Positions 1 to 10,724 of a DNA stretch of 64,000 nucleotides are shown here, in pieces; position 1 is the stretch's first letter; every line of letters begins with the position of its first letter. The DNA comes from Malacoraja senta. Lineage: Eukaryota. The notes beneath the pieces were generated by a model that was not told the DNA's origin, made no database searches, and saw only the letters and a program-made list of their open reading frames with translations. Location of the stretch: contig CM075980.1 in NCBI GenBank assembly GCA_038087875.1, positions 10,292,001-10,356,000 of the forward strand, read 5' to 3'. Both the position numbers and the translations under genes were made by a program.

Positions 1-67
1 CCTACGGTCAGAGTGGCTTGTGCGCGCAATTGCAGCTCTTTCTGCAGATGGTACAAATTGTAGTCAC

Positions 68-270
68 TTTAGTTTAATTTGGAGATACAGCGCCTAAACA
101 GGCCCTTCTACCCACTGATCAACAGTCCCCGCACATTAACATTATCCGACACACTTTAGGGACAATATATAATTTTAGCAATCCAATGAACCTACCAAAC
201 TGTCTTTGTCGTGTGGAAGGAAACCGAAGCTACCTGGGAAATCTCAGGCAGGTCATGGGGAAAACGTAGT
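68..270 (-). mobile_element. V-SINE (HE1-like) 3' portion
   Basis: Reverse complement matches the SINE at 55843-56170, including the gaagggcctgttt..gctgtatctc tail; absent at the homologous position upstream of cluster 2. Confidence 0.7.
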
Positions 271-1210
271 GGTGAAACGCTGAACGGTTAAGTTAATGGA
301 TGGCTGACCAGTCACGTGCACTGCTAAACTTATTTAGTTTAATGACAATTTAAGTACAATTATTCATGATAATTCCTTTTTCTCACCCGCTATTACCCGA
401 AAACCGCTCTTCGCGTTTCTCCCTTGTCAGTTTTGCCAGATAGCTGGAGTGCCCATATTCCATTCAACTTTAATTGAATATGGATGTGCTGCATGTAAAA
501 TTCCTGTCGTCCTGCCGTACTACAAAGTCGAAAGAACTCTGGAAGTGGTCGGTGAGAGCCAATATGTCCCCTTTTTCTTCACTCATACATGCATTAATGT
601 GGTACAGGTAACCTTTCCACTTTGAGTCGTGGCAGGTTTTGCGAATTACTGCGCATTACAATAGGATAGTATGACAGACCGCTTTTCCAAACACGACACA
701 CATCGGGTAGTCACAATAGCCTCCAAAACGGCAACTTTACTGACATTTGTAGTGATGTTCTGTCCCCTCAGGTTCTTTCTAAATTATCTGATACACAAGT
801 AGAAGGGCAGTCTGCGGGATTTATGATTTCTAAAATTACAAAGATATTTAGATTTAATATGATATATAATTAAACAAAAAGTGCCGAGGAGGTGACCGTC
901 ATCATGTTTTATTCAGCGATACGGATTCAGTTGGACCGTTTAGATAAAATATTTCTATTCCATTTTCATTGGTGAGTAAACAGTTACCGAATATAATATT
1001 TAATACTCGCAGACAATTTGTTTAGTATATATATGCGGAGGGGTCAAATTGAAAATTATAGATTGTTTGTTAATAAAGAAGGGGCAACTGTGGCAATCCT
1101 TGTTATTCTGATGTATGTATGAGAACGCATGAAGCTTTTTAGAAATACAAATCTCTAAAATAAGACCTGCGTGTTTCACAGTGGCGAATATTTTGAGGAA
1201 GAATATGGCA

Positions 1211-1296
1211 ATTTCTGATTGGCTTCTACGATGATACCAGTTTGATTGGTTTGGATAAATAAACACACGGTGACATCTCGTCATTCCATTTATAAA
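1211..1296 (+). promoter_or_regulatory. V promoter, cluster 1: two inverted CCAAT boxes, degenerate octamer, TATA
   Basis: ATTGG at 1218 and 1245, GTTTGGAT at 1249-1256, TATAAA at 1291-1296; positions conserved in the other clusters. Confidence 0.7.
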
Positions 1297-1372
1297 GAGA
1301 GACAGAGAGCAAGATTACACGCCACTTGTCCTGGAAACTGCCGCCCTATCGGAGCTCAGTCGGTTATTGAAA

Positions 1373-1421
1373 ATGTCTTATTGGATCCGTGTGGTCGGTG
1401 CGTTGGTGTTTTGCGCAGTTT
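1373..1421 (+). CDS. IGL: Leader exon, cluster 1
   Basis: ATG at 1373, 16 hydrophobic codons plus 1 nt, then GTGAGT donor; same 49-nt size in all four clusters. Confidence 0.9.
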
Positions 1422-3419
1422 GTGAGTATTTTACTTTCCTGGACATTATACTTATTTCTATTCACCATTAATTTGGAGTTACCTCCCACACTTCACAAAC
1501 TTAACAATTTTCTTTTTTTTCTGATATTTCTCTTTTCTCAGACTTAAGCGCGGCAGTTACAGTAAGTCAGCCGCCTTCGATGTCCACCTCCACGGGACAG
1601 AAAATACAAATATCCTGCACCATATCGGGTTCCAGTTCAGGCGCTAACTATGTCTCCTGGTACCAACAGATTCCTGGCAAAACTCCCAAGTATCTATTCT
1701 GCTATTATTCCGGCACCACTTATAAAGGCACGGACATTCCAGACCGTTTTTCCGTCTCGGTGTCAGGCAGTTCTGTAATATTCGCAATATCTAGCGTTCA
1801 ATCGGTGGATGCTGCCGACTATTACTGTGCCAAATGGGATAGTGGTTTACATTTCGGCAAAGGAACGAGGCTGGGTATTGGCAGTAAGTAAAATATATTC
1901 TTCGGACAGAGCGCTGTTTTCTTTTTATTTTAATGCAGATATTGCTTGAAACTAATGTATATAATGCGACGAAAATAATGTATATAATTGTTTTCGCTGA
2001 TCAAAGCCATATTCCGCCTTCAAAGCATTTCAAAACAACCATGACCCGAGCAAGACTAACTCTTACAGCATCAATATTAGATTTTAAATCGCGCAGCTGC
2101 GATTCCAAACAACATATTTTTTTACAGTTCACAGAATTACTTAGGGCCGCACCATGAATTACTAGAAAATGTGATGCAAATCTTCCATTTTCCAATTTTT
2201 ACCCGTCTAATAATGGTCGCGTACTACCCAATGCGAATGGTGTCATTTCTCGCGGATTTTGAAATCGTCAATTAGATGAGGGTTGATCTAGAACTGAAGC
2301 TGCATGGAATAGGGTTCGTCCAATAAATTGCGGAAATATTCGCAGTGAATGCCCAGATATGAAAGGAAATTGCTTGGGTAACGGGGGGTCAGCAACGTTA
2401 ATATTCAACTGTCAAAATTCTGGTTGACGGGTTTAACAAGGATATCAAAATGCGAAATTTGAAGAGAAAGTTTCGCACATTTCTTTCAGAATTTTTTTTT
2501 AATACGTAGAGCAGCCTTTCGTGGACGCAGCAATGCATTTCAAATTTGAATGTACATTCGAACTACAATGTCATCCTTGCTTGTGAACGACATCTGCCAA
2601 TCGGTAACCGTGGCTTTCGAAGACTAGTTTCCTTATATTTTTGCCGAACTTAAACAGCGTCACCCTCCATCCCAATGGGTGCCGACAATTAAATAAATTT
2701 AAATCTGTTATTATAAATTTCGAGACCGGGAATCGTTTATATCTGCTGATATATTTATATAAATGTAAAGCCCGAGATGTGTAGTAAAATGAACATTATA
2801 AAAGTTATCATAATGTATTCAGTTTTATAAAATAGTGCAGCCATGATCTATCATGTAAGCTTTCCCGGAGTTTATGCATAGGGCAAACAGGATCTATTCT
2901 AGTTGCTTTCACGTACTTTATTTATTGGTCATCCAATTAAAAAAACTCACACTATAATGGTTTGAAATAGGTCGAGAATAAAACGACTTATTTCTATAAA
3001 TGAATAAATGAGTGTTTTAATGAGATGTATTTTCGGCAAATAATGATATCTCAACAACAGCAATTCTCCAATTAAATGTGACTTCTTATTAAACAGATCC
3101 TCGAGCACCCATCGTGACGGTCCTCCCACCTTCAGCCGATGAAATTACCTCAAAGGGCACCGCCACCCTGGTGTGCTTGGTGAACGGCTTTAATCCGGGC
3201 TCGGTGGCCGTTGAGTGGAGCGTCGACGGCGGTGCAAAAAATAGCGGCGTTGAGACCAGCCCGATCCAGCAGGATAAGGACAACACGTTCAGTCTCAGCA
3301 GTTACCTGACTCTGACAGCCTCAGACTGGAACTTACACGAGATTTACTCCTGTGTGGTTAAACACCAGACTCAGTCAAACCCGCTGAAGACAAATATCAT
3401 GAGATCCAGCTGTATCTGA
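1373..3419 (+). CDS. IGL: Ig light chain cluster 1, lambda/type II, germline-joined VJ (exons 1373-1421, 1542-1883, 3097-3419; 237 aa)
   Basis: Leader MSYWIRVVGALVFCAV then GT at 1422; AG at 1540-41; V-J exon with C..W..YYC and FGKG in one uninterrupted frame; GT at 1884; AG at 3095-96; C domain ending RSSCI-stop. Both introns are phase 1 and the total is 714 nt. The C motif (TATLVCLV.GFNPG, GVETS.IQQ, NTFS.SSYLTL) resembles elasmobranch lambda/type II chains (from memory, not searched). Confidence 0.93.
1542..1883 (+). CDS. IGLV-IGLJ: Fused V-J exon, cluster 1 (CDR3 AKWDSGLH)
   Basis: AVTVSQPPSMS..C..WYQQ..YYCAKWDSGLHFGKGTRLGIG, then GTAAGT; no heptamer or nonamer at the junction. Confidence 0.95.
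3097..3419 (+). CDS. IGLC: Constant exon, cluster 1
   Basis: aaacag acceptor; C1-set domain with C, W, C and a penultimate Cys for the H-L bond. Confidence 0.95.
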
Positions 3420-3595
3420 TGTTTGAAGCGTGAGCTGACTCCCCAAAGTTAGCTAATCACCATTGGGTTCTTCCATGTGAAAGTCAGTCTTTGTCTTACG
3501 GAATTTTCATAAAGAATTGCCATTTATAGTTGAAACCTTGATTTTTATGACTTGTTCGCTTTAAATGTGGTTCTTTCGAAAGAATATCGTTCTTG

Positions 3596-3601
3596 AATAA
3601 A
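3596..3601 (+). terminator. Poly(A) signal, cluster 1 (site A)
   Basis: AATAAA 177 nt after the stop codon. Confidence 0.65.
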
Positions 3602-4575
3602 GCATCAAGGTCGAGTCAATTGCGTTAACTAAAAGAATGTATGTTGCTATTATACCCAAGGTATTATTTGCAGACGTTGAGTAAAGTTTTAAAACTATTG
3701 TCAAATACATCGCTGATTCTCCTTGACTTATTTGTGACCCCAAACATGACGACCTAATATCGAGTGTGTTGTCTTGTACATTTGAGCAAGAAACGCTGAT
3801 TTTTTCCCCTTAATCTCGATCTCGAATTACAATCGTAGAACAGTAGTGAGTTTGTGCCACTCGTCAAGTTATACAATACGTTCTAAACCAATCATGACAA
3901 ACGTGATCTCAACTCCAATAAGAATCCCCAAAATTGGCAGGAAATTCTCGGCAGGCGAGGCGACCTGAAGTAAGAAATTTATTTGATATTTCAGGTTGTT
4001 CTTTTGGTCATAAATGTCCCTCCCAACCCCACACCTTCATGGTTTAAATGATTTGTTAATTATGTTTTCGTTCGTAAGGCGCACCGTTACATACTGTAAA
4101 TAAAGGCAAGATATTTGCATACCTGGAAATTTACCGGAAACGACATTAATTCCCAACATATCAGCAAGATTCTGCAATACTGATAGTTTGTCTCCACCTC
4201 CACTTTACACTATCCACACTATGCACCGCACCCCCATCCTTTATCACCGAAGACATTGACATTAACCGATGACGGGATTTGTATTTCAATTACGCTTAAG
4301 CTGTCGTTATCATGCCATGTTCCATCACAATCACTGCTGTGGGTTGTGTTTTTTTCTGAGGGAGCAAATAGCAAAGATTGACTCTTCCTAGTCTTGGCAT
4401 TTCCATATGTTCCTCTAGTGTCCAACTATCCATCAATATAAGACGATCAGATATGATTTGTTCCAATGACGGGACATTCATAGCCACCCAACAGAGAGGA
4501 TTCCAATGATTTACAATCTTCTCTGCGAAGACATTCCACTTTATTTCACCCCTACATAGCCAGATCCAGCATTAT

Positions 4576-5451
4576 TATTTATTTATTTAAAAAATATTTT
4601 ATTAGAAGCAATTGTACAAGAATAAATCATTCGGCGTGTAAAATTATACAATTATTGTACAGCTTCAATTTTGACCTTTTAACCTGAAAATGAGGGAAAA
4701 GAATAGAGAAAGCACAAGAGAGGGAAAAAGTGAAAAGTGAAAAATAGGACCCCTAGACTACCAAAGTAGTGTGGCCAAAGAGTGAATAAAGATATAAGAG
4801 AGGAAAAGGAAAAAAAAGAGAGAGAAAAAAGTGGAGATATACCTGCCCCTCGTCATCCCCCGCCCACCTCACCCAATCCATAGTTGGATTTAAATCCAAA
4901 TTTGTGTTGTGCCATACTATCCTTGTAAGAATTCGGTAAAGGGTATCCATGTCTTGAAAAATTGATCTGTTTTTTCTGGCAAGACAAGCCTAATATTTTC
5001 CAAATGTAGTGCCTCGGACATGTTTTTAATCCACATCTTTACAGTAAGGACTGATGTGTGTTTCCAAAATTTAAGTATTCGTTTTTTCGCCGTTATCAGG
5101 CCATAATTAAGGAAACGTCTTTGAAATAATGTTAGCTCAGAACTGGCTTCTGACGTACCTAGAGTAATCAATTCTGTGTCGGGGTCCAATTTTATTTAAA
5201 GTATTTTAGAAAAAATTTCAAAAATTCCCCTCCAGAAATTATGTAACTTTACACAGGAGGCAAAAGAATGAGTTATGGTTGCTTCCTGAAGGAGACATTT
5301 ATCACAAATAGGGGAAACATTTGGGAAGATCTTATTCAGTTTAGACTTTGAATAATAAAGTCTATGCAGTATTTTAAATTGTATTAACGAATGCATAACG
5401 TTAAGAGAACAGTTATGTATATATAGAAGGCTTTCCTCCCATCTATCTTTT
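4576..5451 (-). mobile_element. L1-clade LINE (host), 3' part: ORF2 C-terminus, 3'UTR, A-rich tail
   Basis: QFKILHRLYY...CDKC...HSF..C zinc-knuckle region on the minus strand; frame continues into 8505-10319; TSD ATCCAGCATTAT at 4564-4575 and 10320-10331. Confidence 0.88.
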
Positions 5452-5499
5452 AAAATTGTTAGGCCCCCAGATCTGTTTTTTCTGGCAAGACAAGCCTAA

Positions 5500-8489
5500 A
5501 AAAATGAGAAAAAGAACATAGGATCCAAAAGATTAAATCAGATAGAGGGGAATTACTAACCATACCGAAGGATATTAATAGAAGATTTGCACAATTTTAT
5601 GAGAACTTGTACACATCTAAAACGACAACGGACTCCAATAAAATTACAGAGTTCTTGGATAATTGTAATCTTCCAAAGTTAGAGTTGAAAGAACAAGAGG
5701 AATTGGGTGCACAAATTTCAATCAAGGAATTAGAAGACACAATAAATTCATTAAAGAATGGAAAAACTCCAGGTCCTGATGGATTTACTAATGAATTTTA
5801 TAAAAGCTTTTATGACAAAATTATACCACGGTTACAAAAAATGTATCAATATGCTTTAAAAAAACAAATATTACCTGATACATTAGCTGAATCAACGATC
5901 ACACTAATACTTAAAAAAGACAAAGATATAGAAGAACCGGGTTCATATAGAGCTATAGCATTGTTAAATACAGATCAAAAAATATTAGCGAAAACATAAG
6001 CTAGAAGATTAAGTAAATATATTAGTAAATTAATAAACCCAGATCAGACGGGGTTTATCCCTAAGAGATATTCATCTAATAATATGAGACGTCTACTCAA
6101 TATAATGCACTCACACAAAATTGAAGAACAAGAAATATCAATTATTTCGCTGGATGCTGAAAAAGCATTTGACCAAGTCGAATGGAATTATATGGATAAA
6201 GTATTACAAAAATTCCAACTGGGAGAGAATTTTATTTTATGGATTAAATTATTATATAATAAACCTACAGCTAGAATACTAACTAATAACATATTATCCT
6301 CGAAATTTCAACTATCAAGGGGAAACAGACAAGAATGCTCATTATCACCACAGTTGTTTGCTCTCATAATTGAACCTTTAGCAGAAAAAATTAGAACACA
6401 TCCAGATATCCATGGGTATAATACTAAATACTCAAATAATAAAATATCTTTATACGCGGATGATATATTATTGTACATTACAAAACCTCAAATTACTATA
6501 CCAAACATATTAAATCTAATTGAGGACTTTGGATCCTTTTCTGGATACAGAATAAATTGGAATAAAAGTGAAATTATGTCAATAAAACCGAAAGACTCAA
6601 CACATCTTTTAAAATTCCCTTTTAAAATAGCTACAGAAAAATTGGGTTCTTGGGTACTTGGGTTTGAAATCACCAGAAAATATCAAGGCATGTTCAAAGC
6701 AAATTATGATCCTCTACTTAATAAATTAAATACATTAATTAAATTTTGGAAAACGCTTCCGATGTCTTTAATAGGCCGAATAAATGCAATAAAAATGATC
6801 TTCTTACCACAAATTCTATACCTATTTCAATCGATTCCTATATACCTACCAAAGAAGTTTTTTTTTAAACTGGACTCAGCCATTACTAATTTTATATGGG
6901 ACTATAAATCCCATAGAATACAAAGAACACACTTGAACAAAGCTAAAGTATTAGGGGGCTTAGCACTCCCTAACTTCATGTATTATTATTGGTCAGTAAA
7001 TATTAAAAATATGATCCAACTGATGGACAACTCTGCCCAGCAAGTGGACTGGATTGTAATGGAGAGAGAGGACTGCTCCTCTGGTAACATTGGAGCGATC
7101 CTCCTCTCACCAATGAAACTGAATAACATAAATTATAACAAAAATCCATTTATACATAGTACAATCACAAATAAAACAAAATTTAAAATTAAGAAATCTA
7201 TCGCTTTTATCTCCAATAGTTAATAACCCTTTGTTTAATCCCTCTATTACAGACAAATCTTTTATACAATGGGATAGACTAGGAATTAAAATGTTCGGTG
7301 ACTTGTATGAAACTGGAAAATTACTATCATTCGAACAATTACAAATAAAATATAAACTGGGAAATAATCAATATTTTAAATATTTTCAAATATGCGACTA
7401 TTTGAAAAAATATACAAAAGATCATTATAATATCCCAGCAGATGTATTGGATGAAGCAATGCAGATAAAAGCTGAATCAGCAAACTTCATATCATATTTG
7501 TATAATATTATCTTAAATGTAGAAATACCATCTATGGAAGGTATTAGAAGAGACTGGGAACAAGAATTAGTTATTAAAATCTCAAAGGAAAGGTGGAATG
7601 AACATTTATTATATGTGCATAAATGTTCGATTAATGTAAGACACACTTTAATACAATTTAAAATTTTACATAGATTATATTATTCAAAAACTAAAATTAA
7701 TAAATGTATCATCCATTTGTGATAAATGTCAATCTCAAGAAGCTACTATAGCACACTCATTTGTTTTTTGTACAAAATTCAAAAATTTTGGATTGAAATT
7801 TTTGAAATCTTTACAAAAGTATTTAAAATAAAACTGATACCAAAAGCAGAATGGTTATCTTCGGAACAACGGAAGATAGTCCTGAACTAAATGTGTTTCA
7901 AAAGAAATTAATAGATTACGGGTTAATAATTGGAAAAAAGTTAATCCTAAAATTCTGGAAAAAACGCTCCAATACCAACTATAAACATGTGGATTTCAAA
8001 TATGTTTGAAACATTACACCTAGAAGAGACAAGACTCCTCCTGGCAGGTAAACCAGATCACTTCCACCTGACGTGGTCTGCATTTATAGAATTATTACAA
8101 GTATAGGGTGCAAAAGTACTTTAAAAAGAAACTGAGGTCAGGTAAAGGGGGATGAAAGCTGGAGAGTTGGTATATCCCATTTGCGTGATGCTTATAATAA
8201 AGTATTTGTTTTTCTCTTTTTTCCTCTTTCTCTTTTTTTCTTCTTCTTTAGGGTCTATCTCTTAATCCTTTCTTTTTAATTTCTTTTCTATAGGCTCTCT
8301 GTTCTTTCTTGTTGTCACGTTTTTACACCTTCACTATTTTCCTTCACTTTCTCTTTTTTCTTAATCTCAATCTTTCCTTTTTATCAGTGTAAAAAATGAT
8401 GGAGTACATTAATTGTAATAAGATATACGTGATGAGTACTAATGTAATTGGTTGTAATGTAATGTACTTCTAATAAATAAAAAATTTAA
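5500..8489 (+). mobile_element. L1-clade LINE, 5'-truncated, nested antisense in the host L1
   Basis: RT motifs GKTPGPDGF, SLDAEKAFD, LYADD; stops and frameshifts; pyrimidine-rich 3'UTR and A-rich tail; 15-bp TSD (5452-5466 / 8490-8504, 1 mismatch). Confidence 0.92.
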
Positions 8490-8504
8490 AAACTTGTTAG
8501 GCCC

Positions 8505-10319
8505 ATTCATCTTCCCAAGCTCGCCTAATTATTTCCGACGATGGGATTTGTATATTTAAAAGGGTATTATAAAGGTACAATATTAACTTATTTGAATCCG
8601 AGTTTCTATTCATGCATTCGTCTAGTATGTCTTGAACCATATATTGACAGTCTTGGGTATGTGATTTCAGATAGTCTCGTATTTGAAGATATCTAAAGTA
8701 TTGGCTACCTTTCAGATTATATTTCGATTGTAGTTCTTGAAATGAGAGGAGAGTCCCCATTTCATAAAGATCTCCCAGTTTTTTAATTCGTAATCTTTCC
8801 CAATGTGTGAACGCCTTGTCTAAAATAGGCGGCTTAAATGAGGGATTGTTGGCGATTGGTGAGAGAAGAGATAAATTTCTCAATTTAAGGGTTGACTTCA
8901 CTTGTTTCCAGATTCGTAAGGTACTATGGATAATCGGGTTTTTCTCATATACTGATTTCTTCAGATTTATTGGAGAGAGAAGAATCGCGCCTATATTAAA
9001 AGGCGAACACTCTTCTCTCTCCATTATTGGCCAGTTTACCTGTTGGCATGTGTTGTCCATCCAATAGATTAAGTTTTTAATGTTTGTTGCCCAGTAATAG
9101 TACAAAAAATTAGGGAGAGCCATTCTGCCAATTTCTTTGGGTTTACATAAATGTCGTTTATGGATTCTGTGTGTTTTATAAGCCCAAATAAAGTTTGTGA
9201 TCACAGAATCGAGTTTAAAAAAATAATTTAGGGAGAAAAATCGGTATTGATTGAAATAGGTACAGGATTTGTGGAAGGAAGATCATCTTTATGGCATTTA
9301 TTCTACCTATGAGGGAAATCGGAAGCGTTTTCCAAAATTGAATAAGGGCATTTAGTTTGGTAATTAATGGTGGAAAGTTTGCTTGAAATAAAGAAGTGTA
9401 TTTTCCAGTTACGTAAAATCCAAGATATTTAATTTTTTCTGAAGCAATTCTAAAAGGAAATTTTAGAAGGTGTGTCGGATCTTGAGGTTTTATTGACATA
9501 ATTTCACTTTTGTTCCATTTTATTCTATATCCTGAAAAGGAACCGAATTCCTCTATCAGATTTAGTATGTTTGGAATACTAACTTGGGAATTGGTAAAAT
9601 ATAGTAGTACGTCATCTGCATACAATGATATTTTATTATTAGTATATTTAGTATTATAGCCATGAATATTTGGATGTACTCTTATGATTTCAGCTAAAGG
9701 TTCAATCGCAAGGGCAAATAACAGAGGTGATAATGCACACCCCTGTCTATTGCCCCTGGATAACTGAAATTTAGGTGAGAGTGTTTGATTAGTCAGTATT
9801 CTGGCAGTCGGCTTGTCATATAACAACTTTATCCATGAAATCAAGTTTTCTCCTAATTGAAATTTTTGCAATACTGTAAAAAGATATTTCCATTCTACTT
9901 GGTCAAATGCTTTTTCTGCATCTAATGAAATAATTGATAAGTCTTCTTTTATCGTTCTATGTGAGTGCATTATATTAAACAGGCGCCTCAAGTTGTTGAA
10001 CGAGTGTCTCTTGGGTATAAACCCAGTTTGATCAGAATGTATTAATTTACTAACGTATTTGCTTAGTCTTCTTGCCAGGGTTTTAGCTAATATTTTCGGA
10101 TCTGTGTTTAGCAGAGCTATTGCTCTATATGATCCAGGCTCTTCGAGATCTTTATCTTTTTTGGGTATCAGTGTAATAGTTGATTCGGCTAAAGGTTGTG
10201 GTAGCGTCTGTTCTTTAAATGAGTGTACATAAAGGGCTTGTAAACGTGGGGAGATGAAATCATGATTTTTTAAATAAAATTCATTACTAAACCCGTCTGG
10301 GGTTTTACCATTATCCAGC
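8505..10319 (-). mobile_element. L1-clade LINE (host), 5' part with RT domain
   Basis: ORFs 9215-10321 and 8497-9204 contain SLDAEKAFD, RQGCALSPLLF and LYADD. Confidence 0.92.
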
Positions 10320-10487
10320 ATCCAGCATTATATTAAGTCCCCAAAACCAGGGTTCTCTTGTTCATCCCTCTCACAATAAGCATTTATTTTCGATGAGTTC
10401 TCCTCTCTTTCTTCGAAACTCTCATATAATCTTCTGCAGCCCAATTGAAATACACTGCCCGGTTGCAGATTAAAGAATTACGTAGTG

Positions 10488-10680
10488 TGTAGGAAGAAAC
10501 TGCAGATGCCGGTTTAAACCGAAGATAGACATAAAAAAGTTGGAGTAATTCATCCGGGTCAGACAGCATCTCTGGATAAAAGGAATAGCTGACGCTTCTG
10601 GTCGAGACGCTTCAGATCCGAAACGTCACCTACTACTTTTCTCCAGAGAGCTGTCTGACCAGCTTTTTATGTCTATCTTC
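10488..10680. mobile_element. Penelope-derived fold-back non-autonomous element
   Basis: aggaagaaactgcagatg..ggagtaa..cagcatctctgga arm followed by its inverted copy; hammerhead-like core at the axis. Confidence 0.65.
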
Positions 10681-10724
10681 AAAGAAATACGTAGAGTTTT
10701 TATGAATGGTTCAATGGTGCGTTA

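Noticed and set aside
1177-1183. Perfect RSS heptamer CACAGTG upstream of V1 (also 24752-24758 upstream of V2)
   Set aside because: No nonamer at 12- or 23-bp spacing and it lies upstream of the promoter; conservation is explained by the duplication.
1823-1829. TACTGTG cryptic heptamer in the YYC codons (V1, V2, V4)
   Set aside because: Dictated by Tyr-Cys codons, changed to TACTGCG in V3, and there is no RSS-bearing donor V in the window.
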